Positions 11,734-19,633 are shown, counted from the stretch's first letter. The stretch: 38,136 bases of DNA from an uncultured Ardenticatenaceae bacterium (GCA_964421605.1 CAYQYJ010000005.1:1-38136); one strand, 5' to 3'. The notes: generated by a model not told the origin, from the sequence alone. Program-made: numbers and translations.

Positions 11734-14700
11734 TTATTCTTCCCCTATGCGCAAGATACGGTGCAATTTGCGCCGCCATAGCAGCCAGGTAGCCAGGCCC
11801 AACGCCGTGAGGAAGCCAATCGTTAAGAAGAGGTAGATGCGCCCCACAGCCAGCCAGTCGCTGCGCGGGATGAAGGGTGGTATAGGCAGGGTGTCGCCCA
11901 ACGTAATTGGCAAACCGGGCAGCGTTATCTGGTTGAGAACCAGCCCCAGCAATGTGCCCAGTCCCAAACCAAATAGGACGAGGACAATCTGTTCCAGCAT
12001 CAACATGCCATACAACTGCCGTGATGACATGCCAATGGAGCGCAGCACAGCGTACACGGTCTCGCGTTGGCGGGCGCTGAGGTAAAAATGGGTGGCAAAA
12101 CCGACCAGACTGAGGGCGGTGGTAATCACATAGCCAAAGTAAGTGACGCTGCGCAAACCGAGGGCCATGGGATCTGCCTTAATAATGGCTCGTGTGGCCT
12201 CCACGCTGTTCACGGTGGATATGTCGGGGGCGATTTCCAGAACCTGAGCCGCCATGGCGTCTGTATCCGTCCGCGGTTCCAGTTCGAGCAGAAGTTCATT
12301 GGCGTTGAGGGGGCGATTCTTGATGTCGTTGAAGTAGTTGAGCAGTTGATCCCGCTGTGTGATCAGGAAACCTGCTTCCAGGTTGTCATAGAGGGTGGGA
12401 AAGTAGTTGACAATACCCTTAATCTCAAATTCGACCGGCTCGGAAGCGATGGTGGTGCGCACAATGTCGCCCACCTGAATGTCGGTCAGGTCTTGAAAGG
12501 CTTGATTGATTAATGCCGGCATTGCCCCCTGCCTTTCCTCCCCGCCAATCAACGAAACCCGCGCCGCCACGCCTGGCTCAGTGAAAATCAGGCGCAGCCC
12601 TAAGCGTCCGCGCCCCGAACGCGCCTGCGTCAGGCTGTATGCCGTGTACGAGTCGCCCGAAGCAAACCATACCTGCCGAATGTCATCGAAGTCGTTTGCC
12701 GTTAGCTCTTCACCGCTGACTCGATCCAGGACGGTCAAATCATCCAGCGCCAGGTCTATCGTGGTGGGCACAAATCCGCCAAAGTTGCCAAACTGTCGCC
12801 GCGCGCGGTTGGCAATCCAAAAAGAGTGGAGGGACAGGGGATAAGCCTGGTCAAATTGGGCAGGCACGCCGCCCGAAAAATAACGCCAGCCATCTGGAGG
12901 ATAACCGCCCGTTTCTGCCGGCAACAATTTAACCTGAATCATCTGCCCAGACGCCGTCTGCAAACGGGCTTCCAGACCAATACGGTCCAGATTGCTGTCG
13001 CCGCTCAAAGCGTTAAAATCCGTCGCGCCGCTCTCTTCTGGCCCCGCCCACACCCATACCCCCAACCGCTGCGGTTGTCCGGGCAGCGGCAGCACGGGAT
13101 GCGGTTGCGGCCCGCCAACAGCCAGGGCGTCTAACAGTTGGGGTATCGGCTGCGCGGCAAAATCAGAGCGGAAAGTCGTCAATTCCGCGTAAACCAGCGG
13201 ATCAATGGCCCACAGTTCAAACCGTCCCAAGCCGCGCCCTTGAGCCACCGACCCGGTTGTGCGGAAAGCGGCGCTGCTGCCCGTTACGCCAGACAGCACT
13301 TGCAACGTTTCCACGGGCAGGGGGAATGAAGATTCCAGACGCAGGTCGCTGCCCGTGGCGTAGGCGGCGCGCTCCAATTCGCTCAAATCCAGCGTGGCAT
13401 TGATGCCCGTGGACAACAAGCCCAACGACATAGCCAGCGTCAGCAGCAGCACCAGGCGGGCCACGTGGGTGGGGTTGCGCGAAGTCTGCCACATAGCCAG
13501 GGCTGTGGGCAAACCGCGCCCCCGCGCCGCCAGCGCTGCACCCGCCCGCAACGCCAGGGGAAAGATGCGCAGTAAAATTGTGCCCGTACCCAGCAGCAGG
13601 GCCAGCGGCGACAGCAGCAGCAGCCAGTCAATTTGCGCACCGCCGTTGCTGCCCAGAATGCCGCCGTAAAGGCGCAGCCGCCATAACAAAATAAGCCCGC
13701 CCACCAGCAGAAAAACGTCCAGATAGAGCCTCTGCCACAGCGGTAGACGAGTGTCGCGGGTGAGCGACTGGGTATGGGTGACGATACTGCGGCGCAGCGC
13801 CGGGCCAACAGGCAGCAACAGACCGCCCAGGCAAGCCAGCGCGCCAATGCCGGCAGCCAGCCACGCTGCCTGGCTCAGATTCAGGTTCCAACTTCCCTGG
13901 CTGACGTCGCGCAGCGGCCCCCATACGCCCAGACCACGCACCAGCGCCGCCCCCAGGACAGGGCCGCTGAAGAAGGCTACCAGGCTGATCAACAAGGCTT
14001 CGCCCGCCTGCACCCGAAAAATCTGGCTGCCCGACGCGCCGCGGCTGCGCAAAACGGCAAACTCCCGTTCCACCTGTTTCACCGACAGCGCTGCCACCAT
14101 AATGACGTAATAGAGAGCCAGCAGCACAACCTCTGCTGTCAACAGCAGCAGGGGGGCGCGCACGGCCTCCGATTGGGCGGCAAAACTGGCTAAGACTTCT
14201 CCCAGCCGCGTGGTGATCACCGGGCGCGTAGGCATTATGTCCAGCAAATCGAAAATGAGGCCATCCAGGCGCGCCCGCAGCAGGGGAATGTCCGTCACAG
14301 AAACGGCAGTGGGGTCAAGCAACACATTCCAATAAAGCTCCGCCCGTCCGCCTGTAAAATAGGCTTCGGCCACCGGAAAAAATTGGTCGGCAGGCACAAA
14401 GGCATTAAATTGAGCGCGCCAGCGTTCGTCTGATTGGGTGCGCAGTGGATTAAGGGAGCCAGACCAATACGTATCGCGGGGGTTTTGCGGGCGGAGGATG
14501 CCGGCAATTTCCAACCACAAATCAGGCGCGTCGGCGCTGCGGTTGCGGCTCAAGGGCAGCCGATCCCCCACCTGTAGATCGTAAGCGTTCGCCATCTCTT
14601 CGCCAATGGCCACGGCAATCGTTTCTTCTGCTACAAAAGGATTTTCGGGGAAAACGCCCTCAATCAGCTCCGTCTGGGTCACCAACACCTCATCAAAACT

Positions 14701-15066
14701 GATATTGACGCGGTCGGTCTCTACCACGTTACCCTCTACCCAGGGGAAAAGCCAGTTAGTACCCGCCTGGGAGATGACCTGCTGCAAATAAGGGCCAAAA
14801 CGGCGGGCAAACAGGTCGTCTACCTGGCTGTTTAACGCCGCGTAGGTGTCGGGCGCAGCGGAAACGGAAAAAGCGGTGACGCGCAAGGCGCGGTTTAAGG
14901 AGTCCCCCGTCACCAGAGTATTGCGCAGACCAAACTCCACCACCGTGTTGACCAGCAGAGGCCCGCTGGCTAAGAGCCCAGTGGACAACATAACGCCCAG
15001 GCTAAGTGTGAGCAGAATTTGCCAGTGAAATACGGCTCGCCGCAAAATGAAACGGAAAAAATTCAT
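11734..15066 (-). CDS. ABC transporter permease with two FtsX domains and large extracytoplasmic regions (paralog of the downstream gene)
   Basis: 1110 aa. Two FtsX modules are present (EREFAVLRSRGASGSQI... and RETVYAVLRSIGMSSRQL...). The C-terminus RILRIGEE parallels RVMRIGDE of the next gene. Its stop directly abuts the next start. Confidence 0.85.
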   Translation of the reverse strand: MNFFRFILRRAVFHWQILLTLSLGVMLSTGLLASGPLLVNTVVEFGLRNTLVTGDSLNRALRVTAFSVSAAPDTYAALNSQVDDLFARRFGPYLQQVISQAGTNWLFPWVEGNVVETDRVNISFDEVLVTQTELIEGVFPENPFVAEETIAVAIGEEMANAYDLQVGDRLPLSRNRSADAPDLWLEIAGILRPQNPRDTYWSGSLNPLRTQSDERWRAQFNAFVPADQFFPVAEAYFTGGRAELYWNVLLDPTAVSVTDIPLLRARLDGLIFDLLDIMPTRPVITTRLGEVLASFAAQSEAVRAPLLLLTAEVVLLALYYVIMVAALSVKQVEREFAVLRSRGASGSQIFRVQAGEALLISLVAFFSGPVLGAALVRGLGVWGPLRDVSQGSWNLNLSQAAWLAAGIGALACLGGLLLPVGPALRRSIVTHTQSLTRDTRLPLWQRLYLDVFLLVGGLILLWRLRLYGGILGSNGGAQIDWLLLLSPLALLLGTGTILLRIFPLALRAGAALAARGRGLPTALAMWQTSRNPTHVARLVLLLTLAMSLGLLSTGINATLDLSELERAAYATGSDLRLESSFPLPVETLQVLSGVTGSSAAFRTTGSVAQGRGLGRFELWAIDPLVYAELTTFRSDFAAQPIPQLLDALAVGGPQPHPVLPLPGQPQRLGVWVWAGPEESGATDFNALSGDSNLDRIGLEARLQTASGQMIQVKLLPAETGGYPPDGWRYFSGGVPAQFDQAYPLSLHSFWIANRARRQFGNFGGFVPTTIDLALDDLTVLDRVSGEELTANDFDDIRQVWFASGDSYTAYSLTQARSGRGRLGLRLIFTEPGVAARVSLIGGEERQGAMPALINQAFQDLTDIQVGDIVRTTIASEPVEFEIKGIVNYFPTLYDNLEAGFLITQRDQLLNYFNDIKNRPLNANELLLELEPRTDTDAMAAQVLEIAPDISTVNSVEATRAIIKADPMALGLRSVTYFGYVITTALSLVGFATHFYLSARQRETVYAVLRSIGMSSRQLYGMLMLEQIVLVLFGLGLGTLLGLVLNQITLPGLPITLGDTLPIPPFIPRSDWLAVGRIYLFLTIGFLTALGLATWLLWRRKLHRILRIGEE

Positions 15067-15078
15067 AGACCAGGACCG

Positions 15079-15111
15079 AGATTACAAAAGTCTGACAGAC
15101 TTTTGTAATCT
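15079..15111. repeat. 33-bp perfect AT-rich palindrome (family member A)
   Basis: AGATTACAAAAGTCTG-a-CAGACTTTTGTAATCT. It overlaps the anti-sigma stop codon and ends 12 nt before the permease ATG. A related copy lies at 36328-36360. Confidence 0.85.
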
Positions 15112-16009
15112 AGCGCACCCCATTAGTACAGCCGCCCAGGGCATAGGTGGTAGGGTAACGAGTAAAGAAGACGCGCCATTCATCCTCCTGAAAACGCATC
15201 TTCAGTTCACCCACGTTACGTCCATCTTTAATCAAATCAACCCGCACCAGGCCAGGCTGGCTCTTTGGGAATACTTCATACGACAGATCGGCGGCGGCAA
15301 TCAGGTCGGCGCAACGGGTCAAACTGCTCCACATGCGCACAACGGCGCTGCGGTGATTGCCGGCATTGGTATAAATGCGCGCCAGCGTGGCCTCATTTCC
15401 GCTCAAAGCCGCCTGCACAAGGGTTTCCGCCAGAGCATCGGGGGGCAGGTTCAAACCATGCGGCGCCACCATAGCCAGCGCGGCGGGAGGCGCAGCCAGA
15501 GTAGTAGATGGCGGCGCGTTAACAGCCGCCGCAGCAGCCATAGGGGCGATTTCTGACAGGCTGCCCGCGTCAGGCGTCGCCAGGAGATCGCCGCCGCGCG
15601 TGTAACTGGGCATCTGCTGCGCAAAAAGGAAAACGGTAATGGCTAACAGCAGCGTCAGCGAGACGCTGGCAAAGTGGTTGGTCATGCGCCAGGTGCGCTG
15701 CAAAAACAAAGCCCGCCGCATCCGGCGATAGACTGCCTGTTGAATGCGGGCAGACGCCTCTGGGGGCAGCAGGGGGCGGCTGCGGGCAGCTTCCCAGCGT
15801 AGCTCCTGCTCCAGGTTGCGGCTCTCACTGAGAGCTTGCTGGCAGGCGTCGCATTGATCCAGATGGCGGGTGATGCTTGCTTTGTGACGGGGAGAAAGAG
15901 CGCCGTACTGGTAGGCAATCAGGTTGGCGCGGACATGCCGGCATGTCCCCCCCTGTCCCCGCCGCATTATTAAACGAGTCAGCCCAAGCCACATGCGCTT
16001 AACCCACAT
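15110..16009 (-). CDS. Anti-sigma factor, zinc-binding (ZAS) type, single-pass membrane protein
   Basis: HLDQCDAC matches the H-x3-C-x2-C motif, with an upstream Cys. There is one TM (SVSLTLLLAITVFLFA). It lies immediately downstream of the ECF sigma gene. Alternative in-frame starts exist at codons 6 and 15. Confidence 0.75.
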   Translation of the reverse strand: MWVKRMWLGLTRLIMRRGQGGTCRHVRANLIAYQYGALSPRHKASITRHLDQCDACQQALSESRNLEQELRWEAARSRPLLPPEASARIQQAVYRRMRRALFLQRTWRMTNHFASVSLTLLLAITVFLFAQQMPSYTRGGDLLATPDAGSLSEIAPMAAAAAVNAPPSTTLAAPPAALAMVAPHGLNLPPDALAETLVQAALSGNEATLARIYTNAGNHRSAVVRMWSSLTRCADLIAAADLSYEVFPKSQPGLVRVDLIKDGRNVGELKMRFQEDEWRVFFTRYPTTYALGGCTNGVR

Positions 16010-16048
16010 AACCTTTCATTTCCGCCTTCATGCCGCTGCCGCGCCGTC

Positions 16049-16636
16049 TCAGCGTATCTGCCAGTTAGACAGTTCACTGGCAGGCGCGCCCATATCTGCC
16101 GTCTGCCCATCCCTGGCCATAGCCCGCAGCCGTTCGCGGGCGGTGTTCAAACGAGCATACACCACACTAATGCGCAAATGGAGCACTTCGGCAATTTCCT
16201 CGCAAGATAAATCCTCGTGATAACGCAAAATGACAGGCAGGCGATACTTGTCGTCTAACTGCTGCACCAGAGCCCATAAACGCTGCCGCTCCAACCGCTC
16301 ATCTACCTCGCGCGGCAAATTGTGGTCACTGGCGCGGCCGTACAGCCATTCCAACGACAAAGCCCGCCGTACTTTCAGCCGCCGCAGCTTATCGCGACAC
16401 AGGTTGACCACCAGGCGCGTCATCCACGTCTCAAAGGAAGACTCGCCGCGATAGCTCCTGATCCGCTCCAAAATTCGGATAAAGGCATCCTGTACCGCAT
16501 CCTCAGCGTCTTGTTCATTTTCCAGGATAACGATAGCCAGACGATAAATGCGCGCTTCCTGGGCGCGGAACAGTTCAGTAAATGCAGCCAATTCGCCTTC
16601 CTGGCAGCGGCGGATCAGGTTATCGTTATCACTCAT
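16049..16636 (-). CDS. ECF-family RNA polymerase sigma-70 factor
   Basis: 195 aa. Region 2 (DAEDAVQDAFIRILERI) and the region 4 HTH (LSCEEIAEVLHLRISVVYARLNTARERL) are both present. Confidence 0.9.
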   Translation of the reverse strand: MSDNDNLIRRCQEGELAAFTELFRAQEARIYRLAIVILENEQDAEDAVQDAFIRILERIRSYRGESSFETWMTRLVVNLCRDKLRRLKVRRALSLEWLYGRASDHNLPREVDERLERQRLWALVQQLDDKYRLPVILRYHEDLSCEEIAEVLHLRISVVYARLNTARERLRAMARDGQTADMGAPASELSNWQIR

Positions 16637-16800
16637 ACGGGCATTGCCATCGTTTTATTCCGTCCTGAACCATTAGACGCGCCAGCGCCCATGTTTTTGC
16701 AAAAGCAGCCAGACATCTTTATCCTGCGCCAGCCACCCATTTTCCCACTTTCCCCCAACCCCACAAATCTTAATGCAAATCCACCAAATAACCAACCCAA

Positions 16801-16844
16801 CCTTCTTCCTTCTGCCTTCTTCCTCCTCCCTTCTTCCTTCTGCT
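16801..16844. repeat. Polypyrimidine (CT) tract containing a perfect 15-nt direct repeat
   Basis: 44 nt with only two G. CCTTCTTCCTTCTGC occurs at 16801-16815 and again at 16829-16843. Confidence 0.9.
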
Positions 16845-16849
16845 ATAAT
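16841..16849 (+). promoter_or_regulatory. Extended -10 promoter element (TGcTATAAT)
   Basis: TGCTATAAT matches the TGnTATAAT consensus. There is no recognisable -35. GGAGG (16856-16860) and the ATG at 16869 follow, implying a very short leader. Confidence 0.4.
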
Positions 16850-16868
16850 GGACGCGGAGGTATCACTT

Positions 16869-19247
16869 ATGGCAGGCAGACCGTTACGCACCAAGACGCC
16901 CACTCTGGATATATACATTAAGCTGGCGCAGTATCCCATTCTGGCAGACCGCATCCGCGCCCGTATGCGCCAGGAAATGTTTACGCGCGGGGTTATCACG
17001 GAAGAAGCGTTTGAGGAAGAGGTTAAAGAAAAAGCTATTGATTCGCAGAAGACAGAGGGATTGCACGACCCTTTCCACCAGGAACCAGCCACCATCTGGG
17101 AGCAGCGCAAGAGCCGTATCCGCGACTTTCATACCGATTTTTACTTTGGACACAACCTGCCCCTCCAAATCTTTGAAGAGATCGTCTATGAAGTGTTGAC
17201 GCACCAGCATTCGGATGCTGGCGCGCGCGCCCTGCGTTTCAATCCCGAACTGGCGCCCTGGGAAATGTTGTTCCGCCAGGGCAAAATGTATGAAGAAATG
17301 GAACCCCAAGAGCGGGAACAATATAAACACCACCTGGAAGAGATCAAGGTTGTACTGCTCAAAGGAATGGTCAGCGACCAACTGCGCTACATTGGCATTG
17401 CCAAGAAAGTCTTTACAGTGCAAGACTTGCACCAGGTTTTTCAGCGGCGCATTGGCAGCGGCAAAATTGGCGGCAAAGCGGCCGGGATGCTGCTGGCCTG
17501 GAAAATCTTGCGCCAACAAGAGTCAGCCTTTGGCCCAGACATTAGCGAACATATTGATATTCCTGACTCCTATTTCCTGGGCACAGACGTTATTTATGAA
17601 TTCCGCACAGCCAATAATCTGGATCATTTGATGAACCAGAAATACCGCCCCATTGAGGAGATTCAGGCTGATTATGCCCAGGTGGTGCAGGCGCATCTGG
17701 ACGGCGATTTCCCTGACGCCATCATCAGCAGCCTGGAAGCCGTGCTAGAAACCATGGGCGATTCGCCCATCATTGTGCGTTCTTCCAGTTTATTGGAGGA
17801 TAATTTTGGCTACGCTTTTGCCGGCAAATACACCAGTTATTTCTGTCCCAACCAGGGCTCGCGTGAAGAAAATTTGCACGACCTGCTCACCAATATCAAG
17901 CGCGTCTATGCCAGCACCCTCAACCCCGACGCCATTCTCTACCGCCGTCGCCATGACTTGATTGATTACGACGAACGCATGGCGGTCTTGATCCAACAGG
18001 TGCGCGGCACACGGCACGGCAAATACTTTTTCCCCAGTCTGGCGGGAGTTGGGTTTAGCCAGAATCCGTTTCGCTGGAACAAGATGATCCGGCGCGAAGA
18101 TGGGTTTCTACGGCTGGTGCTGGGCATGGGAACCCGCGCCGTGGACCGCGTGGATCGCGACTACCCGCGTATGATTGCCCTTAGCCACCCCCGCCTGCGC
18201 CCTGAAACGACGCCCCAGGCTGTGCGCCAATATTCGCAGCATTACATGGACGTGATAGACCTGGAGAAAAACGACCTGCGCAGCCTCCCTATTGCTGACG
18301 TGTTAGCTACCGACTTTCCTGACCTGCGTTACGTGGCCTCTGTCTATAAAGATGGCTACTTACAAAACTTGCTATCCACCAATTCGCTCACGAATATCCA
18401 GGACGCAGTACTCACGTTTGATTACCTGACCAAAGACCAGAAGTTCATCCGCTTGATGCGCACCGCCCTCATCCGCCTGGAACAGACGTATAACGTGCCC
18501 GTAGATATCGAATTTACGGTGGACATTATCCCCCACTACCCGTACCCGGATTACAGATTACAAGTGCTGCAATGCCGCCCTCTGAGCCAGCGCACTGACG
18601 GCGGGGACGTCTCCATTCCGCAAAACATCCCAGAGAGCGACATTTTGTTCAGCACCTACAACCTGATCCCCGACGGTAAAGTAGAAGGCATTCGCTACAT
18701 TGTTTTTGTAGACCCCATCCTCTACCGCCAGATTCCCGATCAGACGATTAAACTGGAGCTAGGGCGGGCCATTGGCCGCCTGAACACGCTGTTGGAAAAG
18801 GATTTGTTCATTCTCATGGGGCCCGGACGCTGGGGCAGCGCCAACCTGGAACTGGGCGTGCGCGTCACCTATTCCGACGTACACAACACCAAAGTGCTGA
18901 TAGAAATGTCCGTCATAATGGAAGATGGCGTGCCCGACCTCTCCTATGGCACGCATTTTTTCCAGGACCTGGTAGAAGCCGGCATCCACGCTCTGCCCCT
19001 GCACCTGGAAAATCCACGCAGTACGTTCGACTGGACCTTCTTCCGTAATTCGCCCAACCGTCTGGCGGAATTGTCACCCGTAGATGCCAGGCTGGACCCG
19101 TATCTACGGGTGATAGACATCGCCCGCGAAACAGGCAACCGCCGCCTGAACATCTACATGGATGGCTCTCGTGATGAGGCAGTAGGGTTCCTGGCAGATG
19201 GCGACTGGCGACTGGGGGACAGGCAGGGAACTCTATCTACTTTCTAA
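16869..19247 (+). CDS. PEP/pyruvate-binding (PPDK_N ATP-grasp) domain protein
   Basis: GGKAAGMLLAWKIL, IIVRSSSLLEDNFGYAFAGKYTSYF and VPVDIEFTV...LQVLQCRPLS match the nucleotide-binding domain of PEP synthase and PPDK. Start chosen at the ATG 8 nt after GGAGG. Confidence 0.8.
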   Translation: MAGRPLRTKTPTLDIYIKLAQYPILADRIRARMRQEMFTRGVITEEAFEEEVKEKAIDSQKTEGLHDPFHQEPATIWEQRKSRIRDFHTDFYFGHNLPLQIFEEIVYEVLTHQHSDAGARALRFNPELAPWEMLFRQGKMYEEMEPQEREQYKHHLEEIKVVLLKGMVSDQLRYIGIAKKVFTVQDLHQVFQRRIGSGKIGGKAAGMLLAWKILRQQESAFGPDISEHIDIPDSYFLGTDVIYEFRTANNLDHLMNQKYRPIEEIQADYAQVVQAHLDGDFPDAIISSLEAVLETMGDSPIIVRSSSLLEDNFGYAFAGKYTSYFCPNQGSREENLHDLLTNIKRVYASTLNPDAILYRRRHDLIDYDERMAVLIQQVRGTRHGKYFFPSLAGVGFSQNPFRWNKMIRREDGFLRLVLGMGTRAVDRVDRDYPRMIALSHPRLRPETTPQAVRQYSQHYMDVIDLEKNDLRSLPIADVLATDFPDLRYVASVYKDGYLQNLLSTNSLTNIQDAVLTFDYLTKDQKFIRLMRTALIRLEQTYNVPVDIEFTVDIIPHYPYPDYRLQVLQCRPLSQRTDGGDVSIPQNIPESDILFSTYNLIPDGKVEGIRYIVFVDPILYRQIPDQTIKLELGRAIGRLNTLLEKDLFILMGPGRWGSANLELGVRVTYSDVHNTKVLIEMSVIMEDGVPDLSYGTHFFQDLVEAGIHALPLHLENPRSTFDWTFFRNSPNRLAELSPVDARLDPYLRVIDIARETGNRRLNIYMDGSRDEAVGFLADGDWRLGDRQGTLSTF

Positions 19248-19292
19248 ACCACACCCCTCGGAAAGCAACTACTAAGCCTCTTGTAAATTTCA

Positions 19293-19391
19293 CCGCCCAG
19301 GTAACTACTTAGCCCGTTGCCTGAGCTTGTCGCAGGCAACATGGGCTGCGACAGGCTCAGCCCACGAGAGGGTTAGTCGTTACCCGCCCAG
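19293..19391. mobile_element. MITE-like 83-bp hairpin element flanked by an 8-bp direct repeat
   Basis: CCGCCCAG (19293-19300) and CCGCCCAG (19384-19391) flank the element at 19301-19383. Imperfect terminal inverted repeats are GTAACTACTTAGCCC and GGGTTAGTCGTTAC. An inner 15-bp stem joins 19321-19335 to 19346-19360. Confidence 0.4.
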
Positions 19392-19604
19392 ACGCAAAGG
19401 CTTGTATCTTCGGTAAACTCAGGGCGGGCTCTGAGTATCACTGAAGGAACGCCAAGAAAAACCAGAGTATCTTGGCGTCTTTCTGGTAAGTGAAGACCTC
19501 GAAAATGAATAATCTCACGTGGGGATGCGGAGGACTTCGCGAAAATGAGCAGATGTTCTGATGGCAGACAAGCTGCCAGTTTGTTCCAAAAGTGTATTAT
19601 GCTA

Positions 19605-19633
19605 TTGACTCGTTAGAACTTATGTTCTAAACT
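19605..19633 (+). promoter_or_regulatory. Sigma-70-type promoter with an embedded LexA (Cheo-type) SOS box
   Basis: TTGACT (19605-19610), a 17-nt spacer, then TAAACT (19628-19633). The spacer contains the 18-bp palindrome TTAGAAC-TTAT-GTTCTAA (19613-19630), which fits GAAC-N4-GTTC. Confidence 0.6.

Noticed and set aside
16637-16680. Possible ECF-type autoregulatory promoter (GGAAT-N17-CGTA) immediately upstream of the sigma gene.
   Set aside because: The -10-like CGTA would abut the ATG and place the transcription start inside the coding region. The match is too weak to call without a family-specific consensus.
16322-17110. ORFs 16322-16921 (+) and 16673-17110 (-) crossing the divergent promoter region.
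   Set aside because: They run through the CT tract, the G4 region and the opposite strand of the sigma and PEP-binding genes. They have low-complexity translations and no translation signals.
19505-19561. 18-codon ORF (MNNLTWGCGGLRENEQMF) in the long intergenic region, considered as a possible leader peptide.
   Set aside because: It has no SD. It lies upstream of the predicted SOS promoter rather than in its leader. It has no run of regulatory codons.
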